Positions 25,275 through 34,085 of a stretch of 52,885 nt of DNA are shown here, piece by piece (the first letter of the stretch is position 1; each line of letters starts with the position of its first letter). Made by a program: the position numbers and the translations under genes. The notes below the pieces were generated by a model. That model ran no database searches. It saw only the letters and a list, made by a program, of their open reading frames with translations, and had not been told where the DNA came from. Origin of the DNA: Thermoflexales bacterium (GTDB lineage: Bacteria > Chloroflexota > Anaerolineae > B4-G1 > SLSP01); contig SLDA01000197.1 of assembly GCA_007125545.1 (NCBI GenBank), positions 1 through 52,885 on the forward strand, written 5' to 3'.

Positions 25275-28200
25275 ATGAGCGACGAATATCAACCTGACGA
25301 AGTCATGGAATCCCTACCCGAACCGGATGTAATGCCTGCCGAGCCGGTCGAGATTGGAGCACCCAAGTCCCAGGAGCCAACAGAGCCTGCAAGCTCTGTG
25401 CCGGCCTCCGCGGAATCTGCTGTCCCCAATATGGCATCTGGGAGCGTTGCCACCGCATCGCGCTCCGGGGGGGCGACCACTGTAGTAGCTGCGCCGGGTG
25501 CCGAAGCGGCGCCAGGACAGTCTTCCCGAGTTGGGGAAGTGGCAGATGAGGAGTTTGGGAATGGCAATCACCGCGGTGTGGACGATGGCCATGTGCTTGA
25601 GCCGAGAGTCGCAGCGGCAACGTCCGCGGATTCTACCCAGGCAGGTTCTTCATCCGTTGTCAGCCTGGCCGATCTCGAGAAGCCGCGACGCGAGTCGGTC
25701 AGTCCGGAACGAGTTCGTCCTGAGAAGGCAGAGAGCGAGCAGAAGCCGCCTGTGTGGTCGAGTGCGCTCGCTACTGCAAGATCGTTCTTGTCGGGGCGGG
25801 TCTGGATCGTTGGCGCCCTGATCGGAGTGCTGCTAATCATCTTACTCTTCGTGCCTCCCATTTCACTGGGTCAGCGCTTGGGTGCAATCGGGGGTGGCTA
25901 TACCACACTCGATAACCAAACACCGTCGGTAGAACATCCTGATGGGCTACGCGTTACCCGCACCGATACCAATGGCGCGCGAGTACGCATTAAATTAGCA
26001 TCGATTCCGCGTGCCGATTTTGTTGTGGGCAGCGTGTCCGAGGCGCTCGAAGCCGCAGTTACGACGATGCCGGACTATCTCGTTTCCAAAAGCCCTTACT
26101 ATACCCTCGATATCAGGGCCGACGGACCGGTGCCGGGTGTGATGACGGTGATGATTCCTAATGAAGCTGAACCGTGGGAGATGTTGGATCTCTATGCATG
26201 GGATGGTAGCGCGTGGCGTTGGTTGCCCACTCAGCTGGATCGTGAGGCTGAAACTCTCGTGTCCTCTGTCGACGCACTCCCTGAATCCGTAATAGTGCTG
26301 CAGAGCCAGACAAGTGGTCGCCGGGTTGCTGCCGAAACCGAGGTTTGGCCGGTTGAGGGTCTGGATGGGATAGCAGCTGAAGTCGGCATACCCGGCCTCT
26401 TGATCGGCACGATGGGTGGGACCACGGGGCAGGTGGGTGCCCTATCCTCCGACGGTGAGGGCACGTATGCCACACTAATCCCAATGATCCGTAACTGGCT
26501 GCCCGGTCGCGAACCGAACTGGGCACTAGTTAGTGATATGCTATCGATGGATACAGACCGGCAAGCACACACGACGAATCTTGTGAACCTGACGCAGCAA
26601 GGCGGATATGAGGGGCTGGTTGTTGACTACCGGCAGGTGCAGCCGCAAGATCGTGCAGCGTATGCTCAGTTCATCTCGGAGCTGGGCGCGGCCTTCAGGG
26701 CAGCCGGGCTTCGGCTTGGTGTGGTCGTCGATGCCCCGCAGCCTGTCGGGGACGGGACTTGGGATACTGGCGGCTATGACTGGGTTCGTCTTGGCGCTGC
26801 GGCGGATCAGCTCCGGGTCGTAATGCCCCTTCTGCCGGCAGCCTATGTGCCCGGCGGCGAGGTGGAGCAGTTGATGGAGTGGGCGGTCGGCCAGGTCGAG
26901 CGCCACAAGTTGATGCTAATCTATTCCACGCTGAGTTACAGCGGCGAGGAAGCGGTTGGCCTTGATAGCGTGTTGGCATCTGTTGGTGACCTACAAGTCA
27001 CCGGGACGCTGACCGAAAGTGTACTGCCCGGTACCAGGGTGGAGCTTGCCCTAAACGGCGCGGTAGCTATGGAGATTAACCCCATTACTGCGGCCACCCG
27101 CGTGAGCGCTGGCGGACAGGATTACTGGCTTGGTACGCCTCAGTGGTTGGGTGCACGTATGAATGTCGCCAATCGCTACCTGCTGGGTGGCGTTGTGCTG
27201 CGCGATCTATTCGATGCGCGCAATGTCGGGGATCATATGTCTGCGGTGTCGGCCTATCAGGATGGAGAGCTTGACGGTGTAGAGGATGCATCTGCTATCC
27301 TGGACCTGACCACCATTCTCTGGGCCGTAACCGATCCCCAAGGTCAGACCTCCGAGGTCCAAACGGACCTGAGCCGGCCCAGCTTTGCGTGGACCGCCCC
27401 CGAAATTACCGGCACCTATCGCCTGGCGGCAACCGTTGCCGGACTCGACAGAGGTTCGCTCGATATCACGGTCGCTGCGCCATCTCCCGTTGTGACGGAT
27501 ACGATGGCGATAGAAGAACCCGGCGGACCCGACGAGACAGAAGCCGAAGAGGGTGAGACAGCAGACGCCGCAAATCTGAGGGCCGCTTTCGTGGCCGACG
27601 TGACCGTGCCCGATAATACTCGCTTTGAGAAGGGTGAGGAGTTCGTCAAGACATGGCGCTTGAGGAACAGCGGCACCGGTGACTGGCCTGAGGAGATGGT
27701 GATGGCCTTTGTCAGTGGTGCGGAACTCGGCAAGGTCACCGAGGTCGAGGTCGGTGCGATTAAGGCCGGGGATACGGTTGATATCAGCGTTGATATGCAG
27801 GCGCCGGAGGAGGATGGCAGCTACAGGAGCGTGTGGGAGCTTCGGAAGGGGACGACGGGAGTCACCGGCGGTGGGGTGTTTGTCCTGATTCAGGTAGGTG
27901 AGCCCGTCGCTGCGGATCCGGAGACCCCTGCGGCAGCACCGCCTCCAGCGCCGCGCCCCGTGGCGTCCGGCGCCTTCGAGCTGGGTGGACACATTCGCAA
28001 CCTTGGCATCCCATATGCCGAACAGATGCGCCATTCTGGCATGACCTGGGTCAAAATACAGACTCACTTCGGACAAAGCGCCGCCAGTGCCATCGCCACA
28101 GCTCATGCTATGGGGTTCAAGATCCAACTGAGCGCCATCGGTGGACCCGGTATGGTGACCCAGCCGGGTTTTGAGGATAACTTCGCCGCCTGGGTGGGCC

Positions 28201-28892
28201 AGTTGGCAGCAGAGGGCGCTGATGCGATTGAGGTCTGGAATGAGCCCAACATCGACCGCGAGTGGGCGATCGGCCACATTAGCCCACAGGCTTACACGAA
28301 CTTGCTCTGCAAGTCCTATGCCGCTATCAAAGCCGCGAATAGTCGCACGGATGTCATCAGCGCGGCGCCCGCACCGACCGGTTGGTTCGGTGGTTGCGGA
28401 CCGAACGGCTGCGATGACAGACCCTGGATGCAAGGGCTTTACAATGCAGGGGCTGCCAACTGTATGGACTACATCGGTGCGCACCACAACTCGGGTGCAA
28501 CCTCGCCTTCAGCACGCGTTGGGCACCCTGCGAACCCAGGTGATACGCACCATTCCTGGTTCTTCCTACCGCAGACGGAGCTCTACTACAATATCTTCCG
28601 CGGCACCCGCAAGATCGTCTACACCGAGATGGGGTATGCCTCTCAGGAAGGTGTGCCCGGCTTCTCCGACCAGTTCGCGTGGGCGCGGGGGACCAACAAC
28701 GCACAGCAGGCGGCTTGGCTGGCGGAGGCGGTCCGTTTGAGCATCAATACCGGGATGGTTCGTGTCCTCATCGTCTGGAATATCGACTTCGGGCGCTTTG
28801 GCTACGACCCCCAGGATGGGTTCGCCATCATCCGTCCCGGTGGCGGCTGTCCCGCATGTGATACCCTGCACGGGGTACTCGGACGCCGGTAA
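25275..28892 (+). CDS. Membrane-anchored extracytoplasmic multi-domain protein: acidic/Pro-rich cytoplasmic N-terminus, one TM, GH18-like barrel (degenerate), NBR1/Ig-like domain, clan GH-A glycosidase-like domain
   Basis: I prefer the ATG at 25275, with GGAGGT 4 nt upstream. The TM helix is VWIVGALIGVLLIILLFVPPI. GH18-like: GYEGLVVDYRQV. NBR1-like: FVADVTVPDNTRFEKGEEFVKTWRLRNSGTGDWP. GH-A motifs: EVWNEPN and VYTEMGYA. Confidence 0.65.
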   Translation: MSDEYQPDEVMESLPEPDVMPAEPVEIGAPKSQEPTEPASSVPASAESAVPNMASGSVATASRSGGATTVVAAPGAEAAPGQSSRVGEVADEEFGNGNHRGVDDGHVLEPRVAAATSADSTQAGSSSVVSLADLEKPRRESVSPERVRPEKAESEQKPPVWSSALATARSFLSGRVWIVGALIGVLLIILLFVPPISLGQRLGAIGGGYTTLDNQTPSVEHPDGLRVTRTDTNGARVRIKLASIPRADFVVGSVSEALEAAVTTMPDYLVSKSPYYTLDIRADGPVPGVMTVMIPNEAEPWEMLDLYAWDGSAWRWLPTQLDREAETLVSSVDALPESVIVLQSQTSGRRVAAETEVWPVEGLDGIAAEVGIPGLLIGTMGGTTGQVGALSSDGEGTYATLIPMIRNWLPGREPNWALVSDMLSMDTDRQAHTTNLVNLTQQGGYEGLVVDYRQVQPQDRAAYAQFISELGAAFRAAGLRLGVVVDAPQPVGDGTWDTGGYDWVRLGAAADQLRVVMPLLPAAYVPGGEVEQLMEWAVGQVERHKLMLIYSTLSYSGEEAVGLDSVLASVGDLQVTGTLTESVLPGTRVELALNGAVAMEINPITAATRVSAGGQDYWLGTPQWLGARMNVANRYLLGGVVLRDLFDARNVGDHMSAVSAYQDGELDGVEDASAILDLTTILWAVTDPQGQTSEVQTDLSRPSFAWTAPEITGTYRLAATVAGLDRGSLDITVAAPSPVVTDTMAIEEPGGPDETEAEEGETADAANLRAAFVADVTVPDNTRFEKGEEFVKTWRLRNSGTGDWPEEMVMAFVSGAELGKVTEVEVGAIKAGDTVDISVDMQAPEEDGSYRSVWELRKGTTGVTGGGVFVLIQVGEPVAADPETPAAAPPPAPRPVASGAFELGGHIRNLGIPYAEQMRHSGMTWVKIQTHFGQSAASAIATAHAMGFKIQLSAIGGPGMVTQPGFEDNFAAWVGQLAAEGADAIEVWNEPNIDREWAIGHISPQAYTNLLCKSYAAIKAANSRTDVISAAPAPTGWFGGCGPNGCDDRPWMQGLYNAGAANCMDYIGAHHNSGATSPSARVGHPANPGDTHHSWFFLPQTELYYNIFRGTRKIVYTEMGYASQEGVPGFSDQFAWARGTNNAQQAAWLAEAVRLSINTGMVRVLIVWNIDFGRFGYDPQDGFAIIRPGGGCPACDTLHGVLGRR

Positions 28893-28945
28893 TCGCGATA
28901 CTTTTTTCCAGGGACCGGGTGAACCGGTTTCCAGCGTGATGTAGT

Positions 28946-28979
28946 GATGCTGCCCGCGAGAGCTCTCGCGGGCAGCATC
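28946..28979 (+). terminator. 34-bp perfect palindrome / terminator-type hairpin after the 25275 gene
   Basis: gatgctgcccgcgagag/ctctcgcgggcagcatc lies 54 nt after the stop codon. No clear U-tract follows. Confidence 0.5.
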
Positions 28980-29036
28980 GCGTTCCAGACGTCATCTCAT
29001 TGACTTTAGCGCCCCTGAGTGTAAGATAAGTGGGTT

Positions 29037-30314
29037 ATGTTCTATGATCAAGTAAAACTTCATGTAGTAGCCGGGCACGGTGGCAAGGGTGCAGTGGCAT
29101 TTCGCCGGGAGAAGTACATACCCTTTGGCGGGCCTTCAGGCGGGGATGGGGGTAAGGGCGGAGATATAATGTTTTTCGTCAATCCACATCTCAACACGCT
29201 CTATCATCTGGCACATCAAAAGGAGTTTAAGGCGCCGGATGGACAGCCTGGTGGTGTCAAAGATATGTATGGTGCAGCGGGTGAAGATCTGCGGATCGCC
29301 GTTCCTCCTGGCACGCTAGTCATCGACGACGAAACGGGCGCTATTGTGGCAGACCTGACGGAGCCGGATGAGGAAACCGTCGTCGCACGCGGAGGACAGG
29401 GTGGGCGGGGCAATATTCGCTTCGCAACCCCGACTAACCAAGCCCCGCGCATTGCCGAGCGTGGTGATCCTGGTGAGGACCGCTTATTGCGTCTCGAGCT
29501 CAAGCTGCTCGCTGACGTCGGTTTGGTTGGCATGCCGAACGCCGGTAAGTCGACACTACTTTCGGTGACGACGGCGGCGAAACCTGCGATCGCGTCTTAT
29601 CCCTTTACGACGCTCCAGCCCAATCTCGGCGTGGTGGCGCTTAGTTCCGACAGCACCTTCGTCATCGCCGACCTACCCGGCCTTATTGAGGGGGCAAGCC
29701 AGGGTAAAGGTCTCGGGCACGAGTTTCTGCGCCATATCGAGCGCACGCGTGTCGTGATCCATCTCGTCGATGGTCACGCCCTCGATCCAATCGAGGACTT
29801 CGATACTATCAATGCCGAGTTGGCCGAGTTTGGTCACGGGCTCATCGACAAGCCGCAGATCGTGGTCGTCAATAAGTTGGATCTTCCCGGTGTGCGCGAG
29901 ATGATGCCCGAGTTTGAGGCGGCCTTTCAGGCACGCGGCTACGATCGGGTATTGGGGATTTCGGCGATGACACGCGAAAACACACGCCAGTTGATGGGAA
30001 TGGCCTATCAGCTTGTCCAGGAAACGCCCGAACCCGAGCTGGAGCGTCCAACCCCCGTGGTTGTCCGTCCGAACGTGGACGAGGATCAGGTCACGGTGAC
30101 ACGTGAGGCGGAAGACACCTGGCGGGTGCGTTGTGGTAAGATCGAACGCGCGGTGGCGCGTACGCGTACCGAATATCACGAGGCGCTGCTGCGTTTGCAT
30201 CACTACCTTGATAGCCAAGGCGTGTTGTCTGCGCTGCGCAAGGCCGGCGTGCGTGAGGGCGATACCGTCCGTGTAGCCGACTACGAGTTTGAGTGGGTCG
30301 AGTCCGAGTACTAG
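29037..30314 (+). CDS. obg: GTPase Obg/CgtA
   Basis: The Obg fold is MFYDQVKLHVVAGHGGKGAVAFRREKYIPFGGPSGGDGGKGGDI. G motifs are GMPNAGKST, DLPGLIEGA and NKLD. A C-terminal OCT-like domain is present. Confidence 0.95.
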   Translation: MFYDQVKLHVVAGHGGKGAVAFRREKYIPFGGPSGGDGGKGGDIMFFVNPHLNTLYHLAHQKEFKAPDGQPGGVKDMYGAAGEDLRIAVPPGTLVIDDETGAIVADLTEPDEETVVARGGQGGRGNIRFATPTNQAPRIAERGDPGEDRLLRLELKLLADVGLVGMPNAGKSTLLSVTTAAKPAIASYPFTTLQPNLGVVALSSDSTFVIADLPGLIEGASQGKGLGHEFLRHIERTRVVIHLVDGHALDPIEDFDTINAELAEFGHGLIDKPQIVVVNKLDLPGVREMMPEFEAAFQARGYDRVLGISAMTRENTRQLMGMAYQLVQETPEPELERPTPVVVRPNVDEDQVTVTREAEDTWRVRCGKIERAVARTRTEYHEALLRLHHYLDSQGVLSALRKAGVREGDTVRVADYEFEWVESEY

Positions 30315-30398
30315 ACCTCGGTCGACATTCTCGCGTACGGCTCTTGCTCCACGCGGGGTTTGTGCTTCACTATTAGATCACGTAGAGATTTTGCTGAC

Positions 30399-30430
30399 AA
30401 GCGCGGGACCTGGTCATCGGACCCGCGCTT
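30399..30430 (+). terminator. Possible obg terminator hairpin
   Basis: aagcgcggg ... cccgcgctt is a 9-bp stem with a 14-nt loop, followed by tgtgatg (weak U-tract). Confidence 0.35.
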
Positions 30431-30456
30431 TGTGATGTCACTGCGGAGGGTGTAGC

Positions 30457-31656
30457 ATGGATGGCTCGGGCGTAGGGTTTATCCTGACCTTGCTCATCAT
30501 CGAGTTCATCGATGAGTTTATCTTTGGTGCGCGCGAGGCTGCCTGGCCCCTTATCCGCGACGATCTCGCCCTTAACTATGCGCAGATCGGCGTGCTGCTG
30601 GCCGTACCCACCGTGGCCTCAGGGCTCGTGGAACCATTTCTCGGGATTCTTGGCGATATCTGGAAGCGCCGCGTCCTGATCCTGGGCGGCGGCGTCCTCT
30701 TCGCACTGGCCTTGTTGTTAACCGGGATCAGCCGGAGCTATCTGTGGCTGTTGGCTAGCTTTATCCTGTTCATCCCCTCGTCGGGAGCTTTTGTCAGCCT
30801 GTCGCAGGCCAGTTTGATGGATGCGGATGGTGCCCGACGTGAGAAGAATATGGCCCGCTGGAGTTTTGCCGGCTCATTCGGCGTTGTCTTGGGTCCACTC
30901 GCCCTCGGGCTCTTGCTTGCGCTGAACTTCGGATGGCGTACTGTCTTTGTGGCGACAGCGGGCCTCACGCTGCTCGTTGTGATGCTCGCAGCACGCCTCT
31001 CGTTTGAGAATGGGGTCGAGGAGGGGGTTGACCCGCCGGGTTTTGCAGAAGCGGCACGTGGCGCCATCGCAGCCCTGAGAAGCAGTGAGGTTCTACGCTG
31101 GCTAGTCCTGCTGCAGTTCTCCGACCTGATGTTGGATGTATTGCTGGGCTATCTGGCGCTCTACTTCGTCGATGTTGTCGGGGTTTCGGTCGGTGCAGCA
31201 TCTGTCGCGGTTGCGGTCTGGACCGGCGTGGGGCTGGTCGGCGATTTCCTGCTAATCCGGCTGCTGGAACATGTTGAGGGACTTCAATATCTTAGGATCA
31301 GCGCGTTTTTGGAACTGCTCCTCTTCCTGGCATTCCTGCTCATACCCAGTTTCGTCATCAAGCTAATGATCCTGGCCTTGTTGGGACTCTTCAACGCGGG
31401 GTGGTACTCCATCCTTAAGGCACGTCTCTACGGTACGCTACCCGGACGGAGTGGGACTGTGCTTGCAGTTTATAACATCTTCAGCCTAGGTGGTGCGCTG
31501 TTACCTTGGGCGCTGGGCTGGACCGCCGAGCGGGTGGGTCTGCAGGTAGCTATGTGGTTGCTCGCGCTGGGCCCCATCGCCCTGCTCCTGGGGCTTCCGA
31601 GAGCCCATCTGCCGCGTCGCGGCCCGGTCTGCAATCGAATGCGTCGTGGTCCTTGA
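30457..31656 (+). CDS. MFS transporter
   Basis: 399 aa with about 12 hydrophobic helices. There is a GILGDIWKRR-type loop between TM2 and TM3. Confidence 0.8.
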   Translation: MDGSGVGFILTLLIIEFIDEFIFGAREAAWPLIRDDLALNYAQIGVLLAVPTVASGLVEPFLGILGDIWKRRVLILGGGVLFALALLLTGISRSYLWLLASFILFIPSSGAFVSLSQASLMDADGARREKNMARWSFAGSFGVVLGPLALGLLLALNFGWRTVFVATAGLTLLVVMLAARLSFENGVEEGVDPPGFAEAARGAIAALRSSEVLRWLVLLQFSDLMLDVLLGYLALYFVDVVGVSVGAASVAVAVWTGVGLVGDFLLIRLLEHVEGLQYLRISAFLELLLFLAFLLIPSFVIKLMILALLGLFNAGWYSILKARLYGTLPGRSGTVLAVYNIFSLGGALLPWALGWTAERVGLQVAMWLLALGPIALLLGLPRAHLPRRGPVCNRMRRGP

Positions 31657-31707
31657 ATGAAGAGCGGAATCGGTTAGAATCAGGACCATTTAGAGTAAGG
31701 AGGGTAT

Positions 31708-33153
31708 ATGTCCAAAACGAAGCACAACCAATCAAGAAAGCCTTCACCGAAAGCCGGCAGGGACGGCAGGCAGCCTCTGGGCGATAGAGGGAGACCTCCC
31801 TTGAAATCTTCGGCCCAAAAGGCAAGTGCGCGTCCACCTTGGGGCCTGATCGTGGGCGGCATTGTCTTGTTAAGCGTCATCATCTTCCTGGTGATCGTGG
31901 GGTTGCAGCGGAACCGCGGGCCGGCGGATCTTCCGCTTGATCCCGCCCTGGCCGAAGTCGAACCAACCGCCGCGGCGCCCACAGAACCCCTTGATGCAGG
32001 GGTAGCGCCGGTCAGTGGAGATATGCCCGAGGATCCCGCGGCGCGGAACGGCATGTACACCTCTCCCCCACCAGTCGTGATCGATCCCGAAAAGGTCTAC
32101 GTGGCTACCTTCAATACCGACCACGGGGAGATGGTTATTGAGCTGTTTGCTGATAGAGCTCCCAATACAGTTAACAACTTTGTCTTCTTGGCCCGTGAGG
32201 GCTTCTATGACAACACGACCTTTCACCGCGTGTTGCAGGACTTCATGGCCCAGGGAGGCGATCCCACGGGCACCGGTAGCGGCGGTCCCGGTTACGTCTT
32301 CGCTGACGAGTTTCATCCCGACTTGCGCCACGATGGAGCCGGCAAGCTGTCGATGGCAAATTCCGGACCTGGTACCAACGGGAGCCAGTTCTTCATCACC
32401 CTCGGGCCGGCGCCCTGGCTGAACGGAGGACACACAGTCTTCGGTCAGATCGTCGATGGGTTTGACGTGTTGGAGCAGATCAGGCTGCGCAACCCGCAGG
32501 ACCCCGCTGACCTGGAGACCCCCGGGGACAGCTTGATCGCCGTCACCATCGAGGAGCGGGAAGACTCACTGCTTCCGCCAGAGCCCCCTGTGGCTACGAT
32601 TGAGCTGGGGGAGGTTCCCATGCCCCAAGATCCAGGTGCCCGCGATCAGATGTACGAAGGACGACCTGCCATGGTGGTAGATCCCGCGACACACTATGAA
32701 GCGACCTTTGAGCTCATGTCTGGTAAGCTCGTGGTGGAGTTGTTTGTGGACAAGGTTCCCACCCTGGTCAATAATTTCGTCTTCCTGGCACGCGAGGGCT
32801 TCTATGACGACACGGCTTTCTTCTATGTCGTGCCGGAGCAAGTTGTGCTCGGCGGCGACCCTACCGGGATGGGGATGGGTGGCCCTGGATATTACCTCCC
32901 TGCTGAGTTCCACCCCGAGTTGAGCCATGATGTGCCCGGTGTCTTGTCGCTCGTGAACTTGGGACTGAATGACGTGAGCAGCCAGTTTCTCTTCACGTTA
33001 ACCGAGTTCCCGATGCTGGATGGTCAGTACAGCGTCATCGGTCGTGTGACCGAAGGACTCGAACTCCTTGAGGAACTCGAAGGGCGCGACCCCAGCACGG
33101 CTGGTGGTATGGAAGATGGGATCATCAAGACAGTCACGATTCAAGAGAAGTAA
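31708..33153 (+). CDS. Membrane-anchored tandem cyclophilin-type peptidyl-prolyl isomerase (first domain canonical, second degenerate)
   Basis: It has a TM anchor ([22 protein letters not shown]). Domain 1 reads [25 protein letters not shown]...[17 protein letters not shown]...HTVFG. Domain 2 reads [25 protein letters not shown]...[17 protein letters not shown]...YSVIG. RBS is AAGGAGG. Confidence 0.85.
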   Translation: MSKTKHNQSRKPSPKAGRDGRQPLGDRGRPPLKSSAQKASARPPWGLIVGGIVLLSVIIFLVIVGLQRNRGPADLPLDPALAEVEPTAAAPTEPLDAGVAPVSGDMPEDPAARNGMYTSPPPVVIDPEKVYVATFNTDHGEMVIELFADRAPNTVNNFVFLAREGFYDNTTFHRVLQDFMAQGGDPTGTGSGGPGYVFADEFHPDLRHDGAGKLSMANSGPGTNGSQFFITLGPAPWLNGGHTVFGQIVDGFDVLEQIRLRNPQDPADLETPGDSLIAVTIEEREDSLLPPEPPVATIELGEVPMPQDPGARDQMYEGRPAMVVDPATHYEATFELMSGKLVVELFVDKVPTLVNNFVFLAREGFYDDTAFFYVVPEQVVLGGDPTGMGMGGPGYYLPAEFHPELSHDVPGVLSLVNLGLNDVSSQFLFTLTEFPMLDGQYSVIGRVTEGLELLEELEGRDPSTAGGMEDGIIKTVTIQEK

Positions 33154-33179
33154 GCTTAGACGAGTATAAAGGAGATAGC

Positions 33180-33710
33180 ATGAAAGAAGATCCTCAAGCA
33201 CGAGATGGTATGTACGCCGCGCCGCCCGATATGCAGATTGATCCGGAAAAGGACTACACGGCGACCTTCAAGACCGAGAAAGGTGATTTCGTCGTTGAGC
33301 TCTTTGCGGACAAGGCGCCGAAGACCGTCAACAATTTCGTCTTCCTCGCACGCGAAGGGTTCTATGACAATACGACCTTTCACCGCGTGATCGCAGACTT
33401 TATGGCGCAGGCGGGTGACCCAACCGGAACCGGACGGGGTGGCCCTGGCTACCGGTTCGCTGACGAGTTCCATCCCGAGCTTAAGCACGACAGCCCGGGT
33501 GTGCTTTCTATGGCGAATGCAGGCCCTGGAACCAATGGCAGCCAGTTCTTCATTACCTTTGCTCCCACTCCCTGGCTTGATGGACGGCACACCGTCTTTG
33601 GTAGGATTACCGAGGGTTTGGATGTGCTCAAGAAGATTAGTCTGCGCGATCCCCAGACGGCGCGCACCCCTGGCGACCGGATCGAGTCAATTGAGATCTC
33701 GGAGGCCTAG
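33180..33710 (+). CDS. ppiB: Cyclophilin-type peptidyl-prolyl cis-trans isomerase (cytoplasmic)
   Basis: [31 protein letters not shown]...[18 protein letters not shown]...HTVFGRI. RBS is AAGGAG. Confidence 0.92.
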   Translation: MKEDPQARDGMYAAPPDMQIDPEKDYTATFKTEKGDFVVELFADKAPKTVNNFVFLAREGFYDNTTFHRVIADFMAQAGDPTGTGRGGPGYRFADEFHPELKHDSPGVLSMANAGPGTNGSQFFITFAPTPWLDGRHTVFGRITEGLDVLKKISLRDPQTARTPGDRIESIEISEA

Positions 33711-33720
33711 CTGCAACTCA

Positions 33721-33750
33721 AGTGCTGCTGCGGTTCACCGCAGCAGCACT
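33721..33750 (+). terminator. ppiB terminator hairpin
   Basis: A 13-bp perfect stem agtgctgctgcgg/ccgcagcagcact with loop ttca, 11 nt after the ppiB stop. It is followed by tcctgg (short or weak U-tract). Confidence 0.6.
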
Positions 33751-33971
33751 TCCTGGTACCAGTGCACACTGATTCACCCCTGAAACTCGCCTCCCCTCTC
33801 CAAGTCCTCTTGTTCTTCGGCCGCGAGTGTAGAATCCCTATGGTCGCTAGAGTTCCACGGTAGTATAAATGTAGGTCGCCTATTGCCATCCTGTGGGTCG
33901 CGTACCCGCCGTTGCCCCAATTCCGTCACGATCACGTTCTCTCTCAAAGTCACACCTCTTCGCCGTTTTTC

Positions 33972-33999
33972 TTGCGTCATTCGGCAACGTGTATATGAT
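33972..33999 (+). promoter_or_regulatory. Putative promoter TTGCGT-16-TATGAT for the PP2C gene
   Basis: ttgcgt is at 33972-33977 and tatgat at 33994-33999, about 85 nt upstream of the ATG at 34086. Confidence 0.4.
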
Positions 34000-34085
34000 A
34001 GGTGTGGACACTGGCAATAGCCCTGATCGGAACGGCTGTTGCGCTCTCCCGATGCTCTGTGTCACTCTAGCTACGAGGGGTTAGC

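Noticed and set aside
27207-28487. A 426-aa minus-strand ORF inside the large glycosidase-like gene. Similar long antisense ORFs occur at 8043-8735, 10529-11203, 24212-24886, 34537-35217 and 34806-35312.
   Set aside because: All lie antisense to ORFs with strong family motifs and have Arg/Pro/Gly-rich compositions with no recognisable motifs. Such frames are expected in GC-rich coding DNA.
20731-29036. The HD / CHAT / glycosidase-like block as a mobile genomic island.
   Set aside because: I found no flanking direct repeats, tRNA, integrase or transposase. Only the HD gene is compositionally deviant, so there is insufficient evidence for a mobile element.
33751-34085. The 335-bp intergenic region after ppiB as a site for a tRNA, sRNA or small ORF.
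   Set aside because: It has no tRNA-like T-arm or anticodon-arm pattern and no ORF with an RBS. Only a plausible promoter for the PP2C gene was seen, and the short ORFs listed there lack support.
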